From Felis catus (Eukaryota), in contig NC_058368.1 in assembly GCF_018350175.1 (NCBI RefSeq), forward strand, positions 70,558,001 through 70,622,000: 64,000 bases of DNA, written 5' to 3'. The notes beneath the pieces were generated by a model. That model was given only the letters and a program-made list of their open reading frames with translations, made no database searches and had not been told where the DNA came from. Below are positions 63,283-64,000 of the stretch, one piece after another (within the stretch, counting starts at the first letter, position 1; the number at the start of each line of letters is the position of its first letter). Made by a program: the position numbers and the translations under genes.

Positions 63283-64000
63283 ACATGTGTTTTAGCTCTG
63301 TCAACCTAAAGGAATCAGTGGCATCCCAGTAACACTGACCACACCTGCTGCCCAGATCTCATCTCCAAATATGTTGGCCCACTGACAGAAACAAGCTTCT
63401 TGAGAGAAATGGTGGGTCCCAGGCCCAGGGTTGGGAAGGAACAAGATGACCCTGGACCACCATGCAAGGAATTAAGGAAGTACTCTCATAACTAAGGGTT
63501 CAGGTCCCAAGGACACCAGAGCCAGCTTGAGGGTGTCCCAGTGACCAAATTTGGGACATCAGATTTGGGCATCAAAGTAAGTAAGGACAGTACTTAATAT
63601 AATCCACTGGGCAGGGGAGTAATCCATGAGCTCATACTGATGTTAGGAGATAAATTTTTATATAGGTATATGCATCCACAGGGAAAAGGAATGTAAAGAA
63701 GTAAGTAGAGAGGATTGTGGATGGTATTAGAAAATCATAATTTTGCAACTATCAGAGTAAAAATCAACTCGGGGACAAATCATCAATATCTGAAGAACAG
63801 GCTATTTATATAATCTCCAGGTATCTCCCCAAAAGTTGCTTATTAATTACAAAAGGAAAATAGTTAACTATTTAGTGGAGAAACTGGGCACCAGCTTAAC
63901 CACATCATCAGAATCAGTATACTGATAATGGAACAGAGAGGCTGCTGGCATGTCCTGGAAGGACACATCACTTATGTCTTACAATAAAAAATCCGTAACT
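62570..64000 (+). mobile_element. Old L1MC-type 3' UTR fragment with (TG)n at 63255-63282
   Basis: cacacctgctgcccagatct...ccaaata, ccagtgaccaaatttgggaca and attaattacaaaaggaaaatagttaactatttagtggagaaactgg are L1MC3/4-like motifs. Confidence 0.7.

Overview
This is mammalian genomic DNA, almost certainly from a felid: it is dense in tRNA-derived CanSINEs of the SINEC_Fc type and carnivore-type L1s. The window lies inside the + strand gene UBAC2 and holds four of its internal coding exons (14121-14244, 18299-18346, 40541-40783, 62365-62487, equivalent to human exons 5-8). All four have AG/GT splice sites and join into one reading frame. On the - strand near 5.5-5.7 kb is a candidate non-coding first exon and promoter of the nested antisense gene GPR183 (EBI2), whose coding exon would lie left of the window. 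The rest is intron, containing roughly 35 SINEC copies (several nested, many with visible target-site duplications), L1/L2/MIR fragments, MaLR LTRs, an ERVL-class relic, hAT DNA transposon relics and microsatellites. Two tandem structures stand out: a 56-bp palindrome-containing minisatellite and a telomere-like duplicated segment inside an L1 3' end. I see no convincing wholly new biological system. The best leads are the GPR183 promoter and enhancer motifs, the minisatellite, the telomere-like insert, candidate poison or alternative UBAC2 exons, and inverted-SINE RNA structures. Gene and repeat family names come from recognition by eye and recall, not database searches, and boundaries of old repeats are approximate.
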